NCBI RefSeq assembly: GCF_011745625.1
Contig: NW_027191463.1
Span: 496,001-560,000 of the forward strand
Length of the DNA stretch: 64,000 bases
Reading direction: 5' to 3'
From: Cladosporium halotolerans
Taxonomy: Eukaryota
The notes under the pieces were generated by a model that made no database searches, was not told the DNA's origin, and saw only the letters and a list, made by a program, of their open reading frames with translations. Shown one piece after another: positions 33,801-45,456 of the stretch (position 1 is its first letter; each line of letters opens with the position of its first letter). Position numbers and translations under genes: made by a program.

Positions 33801-35059
33801 TGTGCTGAGCTGTGTCTTCGGAGATTTTGAGGCCAGCTAACGAGGTCAGGAGAATGTGTGATGTAGATACTGCCATTTTTCTGACGGGACTCTGATCTCT
33901 TTATGCCCTCGGCAGAAGGCAGCACTGCCTTGATCCGCCTACGTAGAGTTCGGATAGACAGCATGACGTTGTAGTAGTAGGATTCGGGGCTGCTAATGAT
34001 TTATGGGGCTTGCCAACAACGATTTCTCGGCAGCTGAAACCAAACACTGTCGTTGCCTGACTCGAAGACCTCTATAGCGACAATGCGCGCTTCGCAGGAT
34101 TCTGGTCGGGTGTTGGTGAATCCACTTCGTAATGCTTGGCGGGGCGAAGGAGTCGTCCTAGAACGACCGTGTTCGTATAGCGTCATTGTGCTGAGAGGGG
34201 CCCGATTATGAATGGCTAGACAGACCGTGGCAAAAGCCGAGAAGAAATACGAGCTGGCTGAAAAGATGGGCCAGGAACATTCCTACTACAGGGCCTTCAC
34301 CACATTCGTTCGAAGACGGGACTCGCCGTATATCGGGTCCCACGACTTGCGTTATATTCTTGTCTTGAGGCAGTAAAATTGAGAGGGCAGGGGAGAAAGG
34401 GTGAGTCTGGTTTGTGAAAGGATTTGCAAGAAACCTCAATTTTCATGAGGTGCAGCCAGCAAGACTGACACCTCTTACTGTTCCATATACACTTTGTGTT
34501 CCCTTACGTCACTGCCTTGAGCATATGCCTGCCTGCTGAGCAAACCCGAGGTAGCAAGCGCCTTCAAGAGATGAAAAATCGCAAACAAGGACTTTATCGA
34601 ACAATCGTGAGACACGTTCTTCCCGCAAGGAAGAGCACCACTCCCCCCGACATTAGCAAACCAACTCCTCGCATGAAACACAATTCAAAAGCTGTTGTAA
34701 AGCGCCCTCATCCAAAGACAATCAAAACATCGCAAAACTCCGGAGCCGTGGATATGTTGTATGGGAATACGTCCAGTTTTGCACACCTGTGCGTGCGGGT
34801 ATAGTGAAAAGCAATAAGGTCCCAGGAGTTGCGCAAATACAGAGCGTAGCTCTTGTTTTTGGTGTGGTGAATTTCGTAAAGTCAGGGAAAGCGGAGTAGT
34901 AGAGGACGTTGTGGTGAGGATCGGCGAAGTTGACCGAACTCTGCCGCTAACAAAGCAGGCAAAAGAACCAGAAGCGCTTCCAGCCATAGAAGAAGCTCAA
35001 TTGGCCTTGGGAGCTGTTTTTCCTCTTCCACTCGCAGAAGCCTTACTCGGTCGAGACTC

Positions 35060-36211
35060 CTAAGCAAGATCGACACGCTTTCTGCGCTTGCCGGCTGATC
35101 TGTCGTCAACTTCACCAGTCGAGTAACCGTCGTCTTCATAGCCTTCGTAACTACGATCATCGTAGCGTCGCTTCTTGCTCGTGCGCTCGGGACGCCCGCC
35201 GGCAATTCTAGGCGAGGCTGGAGCTGACGCGCGAGCGGCGAGGCCATTGGTGGCCTTGAGTAGATTTAAAGCCACAGTCCTTGGGGGAGCGAGCGAGGCT
35301 GATGAGCCTGTCTTCATGCCTGCATCATCCAGACCAAGTTGGTGCCTCCAGCGCTCGTGCTCAGACTTGGGTAGGCGGCCCGGTTTAAAAGAAAGCGCAG
35401 CGTCCAGATTGGCAAAGATGTCGTTCTTCGCAGGCCCATCCATGTCGGCATTCGGATTCTGTTCCTGCCAGAGACTAATGTTGTTCTGCGTCATCATGTC
35501 CCAGGCAGGATCCACGAGGCCCTCGAGCTCCCTTTTGCTTTCGGTCGCCTTGTTGCGGCCTTCAAGGTTGAGGTCCTTAAGCTTGCCTTCGTAACTCTTA
35601 CGGAGCTTGTTAATCTTCTCGCCCGTTACGGGATCCTTGCGCTGGACAGAGGCTTGGATTGCCCTTAAATCGTACAGCCCAAGCAGATCCTGAGAAGGGT
35701 GCGGTCGCTGTGGCGCGATCGCTATGACAAGAGAGATTTAGCCATGCTCTGAGCAAAACAATGCTGAGTGCATAGGAAACTTACGTTTTGTGGGTAGCTT
35801 GAACAAGCCCGGTAAAGCGACAGCCGGGGGAGTGTTCATGCTCCGGTCGTGATCCGTCCTGCGGTTCTCTGCATCTGCATCGCCAGCCATGCTCACATCG
35901 CCGTCACCGTCCTTCCTCGCCATTCCCGCGCTATCTACGGGCGTGCTCTTCGCGCTCTCCACCCCTCCTTCACTGCTTGGTTCTCTGCCGGTCATGTGTC
36001 CTTGGTAGCCGGACGTGCCCGGCGGCGTCGGGAATGCGACACCTCCGCCTTGATGGAGCGACGATGTGTGCGCATTCCATGTAGGCGACATATGCACCGA
36101 GGGCGGCGGCGTGTGGGGTTGCTGCGCAACAAAGGCAGGCTTTGACGTGGGCGGAGACGGCGGGCTGTAGGAGCGACGCTGACGTTTGGGAGAGCGCTCG
36201 TCCACGGACAT
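35060..36211 (-). CDS. MED19: Mediator subunit Med19 (Rox3); intron 35784-35722; 3' end uncertain
   Basis: PHPSQDLLGLYDL..VQRKDPVTGEKINKLRKSYEGKLK..L.GRNKA, and KKRRYDDRSYEGYEDDGY. Confidence 0.9.
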
Positions 36212-36716
36212 TGAAGGAGAGGCCTTGCGGCGGTCGTTGTATGAAGGTGCAACTGCAAAAAGTCGAGAGTAGGATGCGGCTGGCTGGCGGGTGGTGACGG
36301 GCGAGCGAGGCGGCGTCACTTGCTCATCCCAGTTCACAAGCGCGATCAGCACTGGCGCATCCGGCAACTCGTCGTCGTCCAGCGAAGGCGGCGTCGATGA
36401 TCCGAGTGTCGGTAAGGGTGGGTTGGCGGCGGCGATGGTGAGGAAACGCAGCGTCGGCGAATAGCCAGTCGAGAGTGAGGTTGCGGCGCCTGGGTTTAGG
36501 ATGGGTTGGGCTGGCTCGGCTAGCCCGGCGGCGCATCACTCTGCGCGTGGCTCGCGGCGAGGCCCGCTTCAAGCCTTTCCGCATTGGGTAAGCGCCGTTC
36601 CACTGCTCACGTGCATGCGACACCAGATCATCAACCGCCGTCGCGCCAGGTCATTACAAGCACAACTCGCAGTAGAAGTGTGCTCGCGGCACAGTAACGC
36701 TGCAAGCCTCATGATA

Positions 36717-37928
36717 ATGGCTGATGAGATCGAGGATTGCGATTTCACGTCCATCGGAATCCCCAGGTCGGCAACAACTACATCAACAACGCAATCACAC
36801 GACAGGCCAGCAGCTCCATCTGCAAGGCATGGCCCCGCTCTCGATCGAGCACCAAATGGCGGGCCTCAGAAGCCTGGCGTTGTCCAGCCCAAGCCGCAAG
36901 CCCTGGCAAGACGCGCCGGGCCCAGCTCTATCATCGTTTCGCCACGCCAGAAAGGCAACCCAATACTGAACGGGATCAAACAGGTGCCCTGGGAATACGG
37001 CGACATCGTTCCAGACTACATCCTAGGAGTCACCACATGTGCGCTTTTCTTAAGCTTGAAGTATCACAGACTGCATCCTGAATACATCTATACTCGCATC
37101 AAACAACTGCAGGGGAAATACAGTCTTCGAGTGGTATTGGTCATGGTCGACATTGAGAACCACGAAGATCCGCTCAAAGAGCTGTCTAAGACAAGTCTCA
37201 TCAACAACGTTACTTTAGTTCTATGCTGGAGCTCTGCAGAAGGTGGTCGGTACCTGGAGCTTTTCAAGTCTTTCGAAAATGCGGCTCCAACTGCAATCAA
37301 GCAGCATCAATCTACCAGCTATTCTGATCGAATGGTCGACTTCATTACGACTCCTCGCAGCATCAATAAGACCGACGCGGTCAGCTTGGTCAGCCAATTC
37401 GGATCAATCAGAACAGCGGTCAACGCAAGGCATGAAGATGTAGCCGGGATCGCCGGTTGGGGAGAGAAGAAAGTCGAACGCTGGTGTGCCTCTGTAAGGG
37501 AACCCTTCCGCATTCAGCGCGCGGGCAAGCGTGGCATTTCGAAGGAAAACTCTCTTGCAAGTCAGCCTGTGTCCCGCGCACAGACTCTACCGCGTGACGA
37601 TTCGAGGATTGAACCGGACTCGCCACAACCCGACATTACCGGGCTGGGTCCCTCCATTCTGGCTAGCCGATCTTCCAAGGCTTCCGAACCACTGCCAAAT
37701 TCTGACGCGGACCTGAGGCCTGGCTCAAGAGTGGCGGAGAAAATCAGTATCGAAGACAATGCGGACGACGAAGAAGCGTTGGCTGAGGCGATGACCTCTA
37801 ATGTGCCATTGCCACAGAAGGCTTCCGAAGCCGTTACGGAAGCGCCACCTCGAAAGCGCAAGCCTGACGAGGATCCCTTGAGCGATGGTGTCATGGCCGC
37901 GTTGAGTAAATTGCGAAAGCAAGGCTGA
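36717..37928 (+). CDS. RAD10: DNA excision repair protein ERCC1/Rad10/Swi10
   Basis: IIVSPRQKGNPIL, VPWEYGDIVPDY, ALFLSLKYHRLHPEYIY and HhH region INKTDAVSLVSQFGS..GWGEKKV. Likely ATG at 36717 (or 36711). Confidence 0.96.
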   Translation: MADEIEDCDFTSIGIPRSATTTSTTQSHDRPAAPSARHGPALDRAPNGGPQKPGVVQPKPQALARRAGPSSIIVSPRQKGNPILNGIKQVPWEYGDIVPDYILGVTTCALFLSLKYHRLHPEYIYTRIKQLQGKYSLRVVLVMVDIENHEDPLKELSKTSLINNVTLVLCWSSAEGGRYLELFKSFENAAPTAIKQHQSTSYSDRMVDFITTPRSINKTDAVSLVSQFGSIRTAVNARHEDVAGIAGWGEKKVERWCASVREPFRIQRAGKRGISKENSLASQPVSRAQTLPRDDSRIEPDSPQPDITGLGPSILASRSSKASEPLPNSDADLRPGSRVAEKISIEDNADDEEALAEAMTSNVPLPQKASEAVTEAPPRKRKPDEDPLSDGVMAALSKLRKQG

Positions 37929-38397
37929 ATCCCCAAACTTATCGGGATGCTTCGGATTCACGAAAGATAGATCTGGAGCCACCAATGACCCAGCAAGATG
38001 CCTGGAGCTTCACCGCCTCGTCGAAGTCAAAGCGGAAACACCTGCATGTGCTGCTGCCACGCGTGGCGTTGTTTTCTTCCTTGCAAAGATACCCTGTACA
38101 TATCTGGATCTTGGACCGCGATTGAGTCGCAGTGAGCGTTGAGCAAAATCAATGGCATGCTCCTCCTTCAGCAGTCTGCGGTTCCATTTAATTCGACCCG
38201 GAGTCCGCCGTAGGAGCATCAATAAGACTCACATCTATCAAGAGAGGACGGGCTAGGCAAAGGGGAGCATCGCTCGTGGACGAATCTGGAAACCACTGGA
38301 CTTGCAGTGCGGGTTCGATGTTAGTTTAGCACACTATATGTTCTGTTGTAGCGCGGCTCGGCACAGATAATGAACGGCTTCTCACCGAGCAACCGCC

Positions 38398-38500
38398 GGT
38401 TCTATAGTGTAGCGGTTAGCACTTCGGATTCTGATTAACTCATTCCAACAATGAGTACATCGGCCTTCCGGCAACCCCGGTTCGATTCCGGGTAGGACCT
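38398..38500 (+). tRNA. tRNA-Gln(CTG) with a 31-nt intron (38435-38465)
   Basis: Acceptor stem GGTTCTA/TAGGACC, D-arm GTGT..GCAC, anticodon stem TCGGA/TCCGG with CTG at 38431-38433, T-arm CCCGG-TTCGATT-CCGGG. A TTTT terminator lies at 38505-38508. Confidence 0.95.
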
Positions 38501-38976
38501 CTCCTTTTGCCGTTCGTTTGGAGATGCCTCATGCTCTAATCATGCAAAGCCTCGTGTACTTTTTTCCCAATAATCAAATTTCCGATCACGTGACCGGGAA
38601 TTTCGAAGAAGACTTGGCAAGCCTCGGAATAACGCGAACCTTTGGCTGGCTTCTCACATCGGATCCGACTTCGGATGCAGAGCTCACGTGTCGATCTAAT
38701 CAGATTTTGCATTGATCGCCTCAAGTGACGGTTGAGCCCTGCCGCCTGTCAACATTGAGCAGCTACACTCAAGATGTCAAGTGAAAGGAGCAGCCTGCTA
38801 CGAGCGGGACGCCCCAACACATGCGATGGCGAAGTCGCTTCGGCTAGGTGCGTGTGAAAATGGACGAGCAGCCCGATCTGCAGTTTGATCTGCGTTTCTC
38901 CCACTGCAGTGTTTCTCAACATTGCCCTTTGTCGTTGTTCCGCGTTGCTCTCAGAGGCTTACGTTATGCATTTAGA

Positions 38977-40466
38977 ATGGACGGCGAAAGCTCTGGTCAT
39001 GCTAGAAACTATACCTCGTCCAAGCAACCGAATGCTCCGCTCGGATGCAAATCCTGTTACAATTCAACAAACTCTGTGCTTCGCCAGAATGACACCGTGG
39101 ACAGAGCAATATTCGACCCCTCTGATCTCGAACGCTCTGGTCAGAGGCAAGGCAACGTCAAGTTCCACCAGCTTGGGTGGAAACGATTGACAATCCTGGC
39201 CATGGTAGAGGCGATAGCTCTTGGTAGTCTGGGCTTACCTCGAGCGTTCGCGACTCTCGGCATAGTTGCTGGCGTCATTTTGAGCGTTAGCATTGGTCTC
39301 ATTGCCATGCACGCTGCTTACAACATTGCACAGATCAAACTAAAATTTCCCCAGGTGTCGCATTACGCAGATGTTGGATCGCTGTTGTTTGGTCCAATCG
39401 GCTCAAGCCTCTTTGTAGGCGCTTTCATTTCTTTGCTCGTTTTCGTAGTGGGATCACACTGCTTGACAGGCGCCATCGCCTTCAAAGACATTGCTCAAAG
39501 CGGTCTATGCTCTACGGCCTTCAGTGCTATCTCTGCTACTGTACTGCTTCTTCTCGCAATCCCACCGTCTTTTGCAGACATAGCAATTCTAGGATATATC
39601 GACTTCGCTTCAATCATCCTAGCGATCGGAATAACGATGATTGCGACTGGAGCTCAAGATCGGAAAAGCCTCGGATATCCCGAGCCGTACACTCCATGGT
39701 CAGCTTGGCCTAAGGAGGGCATCACACTCGAAGAAGCTATTGTCTCTGCGAACAGTATCGTGTTCGCTTATTCGTTCGGTGGATGCCTCCCGTCATTCAT
39801 GAATGATATGCACGCGCCCGAAGACTACGTGAAGACGCTTTGGTGGTTGGGTGGCTCTCAGATCCTTATCTACACCCTCACCGGCTCGGTCATCTACGCC
39901 TTCGTCGGGCAGACTGTGCAATCACCTGCATTGTTGTCAGCCGGTCCTCTCATCTCAAGAATAGTGTTTGGAATCGCTCTTCCTGTCATATTCATTTCCG
40001 GGTCCATCAACACCACTGTCGTCTGTCGGTATATTCACGGCAAGCTCTTCGCAAACTCGACCATTCGGCATATCAACAGCTCTAAAGGATGGACCACCTG
40101 GCTTGCTCTTGTTTTCACCGTCACAATGCTGGCCTGGATCATTGCAGAGGCTATTCCTATATTTTCTGACATACTATCGATCAGTTCCTCGCTGTTCGTA
40201 TCCGGACTTTCATACTATATTCCACCCGTGCTATGGTTCGTGTTTCTGAAGAAGGGTTCTTGGTACGATAAAGCCAACATCCGGGCTTCCTTCTGTAATG
40301 GAATTGTGTTCCTTGTTGGCATCATCATCCTAGGCTGTGGGACCTACGCTAGTGTGGCGGAGCTGGTAGGTCACTACCTACACATATTCTCCCATATACT
40401 AATTGGCAAATTTTGCAGGTCCGTGAAGCCAAGTCCGGGATTATTGGAAAGCCATTCGAATGTTAG
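38977..40466 (+). CDS. Neutral amino-acid transporter (AAAP family, Mtr-like); last intron about 40366-40418
   Basis: LGWKRLTI..VEAIALGSLGLP.AFATLG, VGSHCLTG, IVFAYSF, VQSPALLSAG and IAEAIPIFSD. Spliced end VREAKSGIIGKPFEC*. Confidence 0.92.
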
Positions 40467-40936
40467 CATGGGGAGTTTCATTTTGCCGGAAGCAAGAGAA
40501 CCGTAGTTGTGAGGGAGCATGAAGTGACAGAAGCTCCAACATCTGCAAGGTCCAGCGACTCCCAAGAACAACTGGACATGTATCGTGTAGCCAAACTAAC
40601 CTTCACATACGACCACAGGTCAGTGAAAACTGGGCATCCCGTCCGCTCTGCCATACATAAGCACTGAACCGGGCGACTAGTACTAGAGTGGGTGACCATC
40701 TGGGAATCCCGCCTGTTGTATGTTTTTGTCCCATTTTTTACGTGTGCAATCCAGCATCGACATGGTTAGTTTGACTGCTTCGCAGAGATCATCTAGGTGG
40801 GGTGGGTGGCTTAACGCTTCAATCAAATTCATGCTGTGTGCGATAGCCCTGTAGAACGCACTCGGAGTAGTGAATCCGATTTGTGAACAGAAGACCGGCC
40901 TTCGAAGCTGATCTCTCAAACTTTGCGATTCATCGA

Positions 40937-42093
40937 TCATGCAAGCCGCTCCTTATATTGCTCCAGTCTTGCTGAGAACTTGACGCCATTCCATGTTTCG
41001 GCGCCGTTAAGCGAGCCGAGCGATGGCAAGCCAATCTGCTCTAATGCGAAGCTGGCTGCAACCATTCCATAGATCGTCGCTTCTTCTAGGTCAAGACCTT
41101 TCTGCAGCACGAAGGTGAAAGCTCCAAGAAATGTATTGCCAGCTCCCGTTGCATCCACGATCTCAGGCGAAGCGGAACCATAAAAGGGTGGATACCAACG
41201 AGCTTTCCCTTTTCTTGAGATCGTCAGGCAGCCATGCTCACCTGCACGAATAACAATCATGATGCCATTCGCTGATCCCTCAAAGCTTGCATTCAGAAAT
41301 TGCTGTGCATGCTCCTCAACTGCTCGGCGACTGAAAGGCGCGTCAGACTTTGGCTGTTCTTCGAGGAGTGAAGCCAGCTCCAGATGATTTGGCGAGAACA
41401 CATTGACGCGCTGACACGCTTTAAGGTGTGCATCACGAGTAGCAAGTGTGCAATGAGGTGGAGCTGGTTCCCAGACGAATAACGGCCGTTCAGTAATTCT
41501 GTGTTGCGCACGCCGTGACAAAACATCTGCAACCCGTAGCTCCAGGTCTTCAGGTCGCGCAAGGATGTGAAAAGAGCACGATCGCATTAATCTCGTATTC
41601 TCAAGATCCTCTCCTGTTGGCTGTAAAGGTGGGTTCAAATAGTGGAATGTCTTTCCTGGTAAGAGGTCTCAGCAAGGGGCAATTGAGGGCCGAAAAAGGA
41701 AGGACCTACGCCCAAATTTTGAATCGAGGTATTCGAGCAGGCCACGAGTTGATTTTGCACCATGTCTCTTGTGGACGGCTAGATCTAGGCCCCAGCTTTG
41801 AAAATTGACCAGCACATTACCGGGGAAGTCATCACCAGCCAGTACGACGCAACCCACAAAGTGAGATGATTCAGCTCCACTTGTCATGCGAGCTCCAACC
41901 GTAGCTTGCGACAGTCAGTAGATCTCCAGTTTCCAGACTGATTACTAGGATTCGTACCATAAGCGCCCGAGCCGCCGATGATATCATGTAGATTCTCGCG
42001 ATCGGGAAAATGCAAGTCGTCCAAGACCACCAGACCTAGTGAGGTGAACTGTGGCCGCTCACCCTCGCCCCTACGAGAATAAAGCTCGCTCAT
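40937..42093 (-). CDS. pfkB/ribokinase-like protein (Mak32-like), 3 exons
   Basis: FTSLGLVVLDDLHF, IGGSGAY/ATVGAR, FVWEPAP, VFSPNHLEL, IRAGEHGC, IVDATGAGNTFLGAF and AASFALEQIGLP. Confidence 0.88.
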
Positions 42094-42601
42094 CTTGCAT
42101 CTTACCGCAACCAATTGGATCGGAAGCTGGTTCCCGTAGAGAAGCTCTCTACGTGCTTCCGTATGTCAGTGCTCGCTTGCCGTTAGTGATGGAGTGCTAC
42201 GACAGACATCATCCACTCCGCTTGAAGTCTGCAATACAGGGGTCGGAGGCACGTGCCAACCGACTCATTGTACAACGGCAATAAGACCTTTAGAAAACAC
42301 ACATGGCCCGAAGCATTTTACACCTCCTCTCAAACTGTTTTTATGTATGAAAGTGCAGCGGTCCAGCTGTGCTTCCTCTTCATCTGCTCATGTGTGTCAA
42401 ACCTCGGTTTAGCCAAGCTCAGCCAGAAGCAGATGGGATGAAACACGATGAATACGATCATGAAGAATTTGAGTCAATGCCGACAACTGGACATTCCAAT
42501 TTATGTACTCGAGATGCAATGCACAGTGGCAACCGCTATTTTGGGCAAGCTCTTGGTAGTAGGAACGTGTCGTGGCAAACGCATGTATGCGCTCAGACAT
42601 C

Positions 42602-43937
42602 TCAAACGTGAGCCCACCCGTTTGCAATCAGTACTTGCATCTCATTAATCAAGCACGCAGCCCCGGTCTCTATCCTCCCCTCACCAGAAGTCTGCCAAGT
42701 CTTGATACGCCGCCGTACAGTCGACTCCTGAAACCACTCGATAGTGAGCCACCGTAGGAGTCTGTTTTCCCAGCTACCATGCAACATAGAAGCAGTACCA
42801 ACCCATGCATTGGCACTCGATCCACCAGGGTTGACTTGGTCGTACGCGCGCTGGCTGTAGCCGACGCGGACGTTGGGATTCAGCCAGACACCTTTGGTCG
42901 CTGATAATGGATTGTCCGTGTGGATGAGACAACACTCAGAGCCTTCGAGATGCAAAGCAGCCAGAGTGTCTGGAGTGCCCCGGAAATGCAAAGGGTTGGT
43001 GCTGGAGTAGAAGGGGGCTGTGTCCATTGCAACTAGATCCTTCGTCAGCACTGAGCGCAAAGACAGAGAGGCCGATATCTTGGCTCGTAGGACGCACCAA
43101 TACCATTCCAGCAACTTGTCACGGGGACTGGCTGGCTAGCCTTGAGCGCATCTCGCGACTCCCGCGACCGAAAATAAGGCCAGGACTGCATCAAGGTGTC
43201 ATGTCCCTCGGAATCACGAAGTGCGAAAGTGTCGTAGAATAACGGTGGTTTAGAGAAGTCAAGAGAGCAGGCGGCCGCAAAGTCGCCGTCCCGGGTATCA
43301 AGAAGTCGCTGGACGTCTTGAGTCTGGGAGATTGATTGACATCAGCATGTTGATAGGGACATGATCATTGGATTGCTGTACATACTTTGAAAACTACATC
43401 ATTGATGAATAGAACCTTGTCGAAGTGCTCGCCGGCTTGGGCGAGCTCGTAAAGAGGTTCCAGCACCAGGTTGCGTAGCCTGGCAAGGTACGGCACACGT
43501 CGGAGTTCCTTCAAGCCCCTTGGTGTCTGTATCCAACCGCTTTTTCCAGGCGGCTTTTTAATCTCGTCTTCGTGCGTCGTCTCATCCAATATAATCTTCT
43601 TACGCACACCGACCATCTCCAACCCTTTGTCCAATTCCGCTAGTGCTTCTTTTGATCTATCCCAACTCCCGCTCTCTTGTACACTCACGTATACATTATC
43701 CTCTCCGAAGTGTTTTACGAGGCGCAGAACGCCGGGAACCCAGTGCTCGCGCAGGACCTTCTCATTGTTCCAATGTATCCCGGCAATGAATATCTTCTCT
43801 GGTTTCGCATTCCCAGGCTGTTCAACCAAGGGTGCTCGTGAGCGCCGGAAGTCGATTATACTTTGAACCAAGATGAGTACTCCTACAATCTGTAAGATGC
43901 GCTTTAGCAGTGCTCGGTATCTGAATGACCGCCTCAT
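42602..43937 (-). CDS. Glycosyltransferase family 69 (Cap59/CMT1-like alpha-1,3-mannosyltransferase), 3 exons
   Basis: Type II anchor; IFIAGIHWNNE, ESGSWD, RRVPYLARLRN, VLFINDV, ACSLDF, FYDTFALRD, SCWNG, SECCLIHTD and NPNVRVGY. Confidence 0.93.
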
Positions 43938-44226
43938 AGTTCATGCATCGTAGCGGTTGCAGGGTCGTACACTAATAATGCGCCATTCGATAGAAGAGCC
44001 TGTTGAGAGTCAAAAAAACACAGCATGTGCTGGACCGTCATCAGTGCTTCCTTTGCGTGCAGCGACTGTTCAGCTGTCGTTGCCAAGTGCCCCCCGGCTG
44101 GCCAAAACGCGACGTGATCCTTCGACGCGATGCCTCTGCAAATACCCGCCCTCCCTGATAATATTTGATCACGAAGCCTTGCGAAGCCATGCCGTCCCGA
44201 ATTATGTCCCATCCTTCCTTTTGGCG

Positions 44227-45392
44227 ATGTTGCCTCTCGCCCGGCCTCGACGTACCAGAAAAGCGGCCTTAGCGGCATTCGCTCTACTGCAGTACCTTGC
44301 CGCTTCATGGACAACCCGACATGAAAGGAATCGCCATCACGTGCTGCTTGTAAACACCGTAGCTTCATTCTTACCAAACTCAGAAGGCGCTCAATTACCG
44401 GATTCTCTACCAGAATCAGAGATTGCCAAGTCCATCTGCACCGCTCATGGCTTCCCACGCTTTGAAATCGCCACTACGCGACCGCGAAAGGTGTACGACC
44501 TAATCCTCCTTTCTACCGAACTCGGCTGGCTTGAGATTCGCCTGCACTCTCGCACCATATGTGGATTTCTTCGTCGTAGTCGAATCGCCAACAACCTTCC
44601 AGGGCCGCGCCAAGCCACTGGCTCTGAAGGAAAACTGGGACCGGTTCTCCGCCTTTCAGCATGTAATCATTCATCGCGTAGTGGAAGACGGCAGCCCTAG
44701 TCGGCTGATTTGGGACCACGACGACTGGCTGCGCAACTCGATTTTCCGCGAGGTGTTCCCTGCTGGTGAGCACGCGGTTTGAGGCAGTGGAGGGAGACGT
44801 GCTGGTTGTTAGCGATGTGGATGAGATCGTTGGGCCGGAAGCGATGGCCCTGCTGAGGTTCTGCGACTTCCCTCTGCGTTTGACCTTGCGGAGCGATTTC
44901 TATTCCTACTCGTTTCAGTGGCGGCACCGCGATCCACCTTGGTGGGCTCACCCTGAGGCGACTGTCTACAGGGGCGAGCGGACGCTTCTACCGAATAGCC
45001 TCCGGCAAGGACTCCTAGACGAAGGATTTTATCCGTTCGCATATTGGCGTCGATGGCGAGATAGGGGCATGTTGCTGAACGCGGGCTGGCATTCCTCGAG
45101 CTGCTTCGCGACTATCACCGAGACTCGAACAAAGCTGCACAGTTTCTCGCATCAGCATTGGGACACTGCGGAGAATCGCAATTCGAACGTCATGACGAAA
45201 CGGGTGAGAGAAGGACGCGACTTGTATGGCCGGGAGGATCAAATGTACGAGAGGGTGCAGTCACAGGATGTCGATGCATCTGCCTACATCGTGGATCAGA
45301 ATCGGGATGCGGCAAGGTTCAAATATCTGCTTGATCGCGATGGAGAGGACGCCGGTTTCGAAGATTGGAACACTGCGTCCGAAGACGGGTGA
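44227..45392 (+). pseudogene. Glycosyltransferase family 17 (beta-1,4-GlcNAc transferase-like), disrupted by two frameshifts (about 44547 and 44762)
   Basis: GT17 motifs are split over three frames: RKVYDL..TELGWLEIRLH / TLAPYVDFFVVVESPTTF..KPL.LKENW / GDVLVVSDVDEI..FQW..AGWHSSSCF..KLHSFSH. No usable intron lies at either junction. Confidence 0.8.
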
Positions 45393-45456
45393 CTTCCCAG
45401 TTTGAAATAATGTTCCACATAGAAATTCAAGGATATCGTCTGCGAGTACCTATACA

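Noticed and set aside
34212..34376. 54-aa ORF MARQTVAKAEKKYELAEKMGQEHSYY...
   Set aside because: Short, preceded by an in-frame stop, with no recognisable family or splice support.
44520..44790. Programmed ribosomal frameshifting in GT17
   Set aside because: No X XXY YYZ slippery heptamer at either site, and two independent shifts would be needed. Decay or assembly error is simpler.
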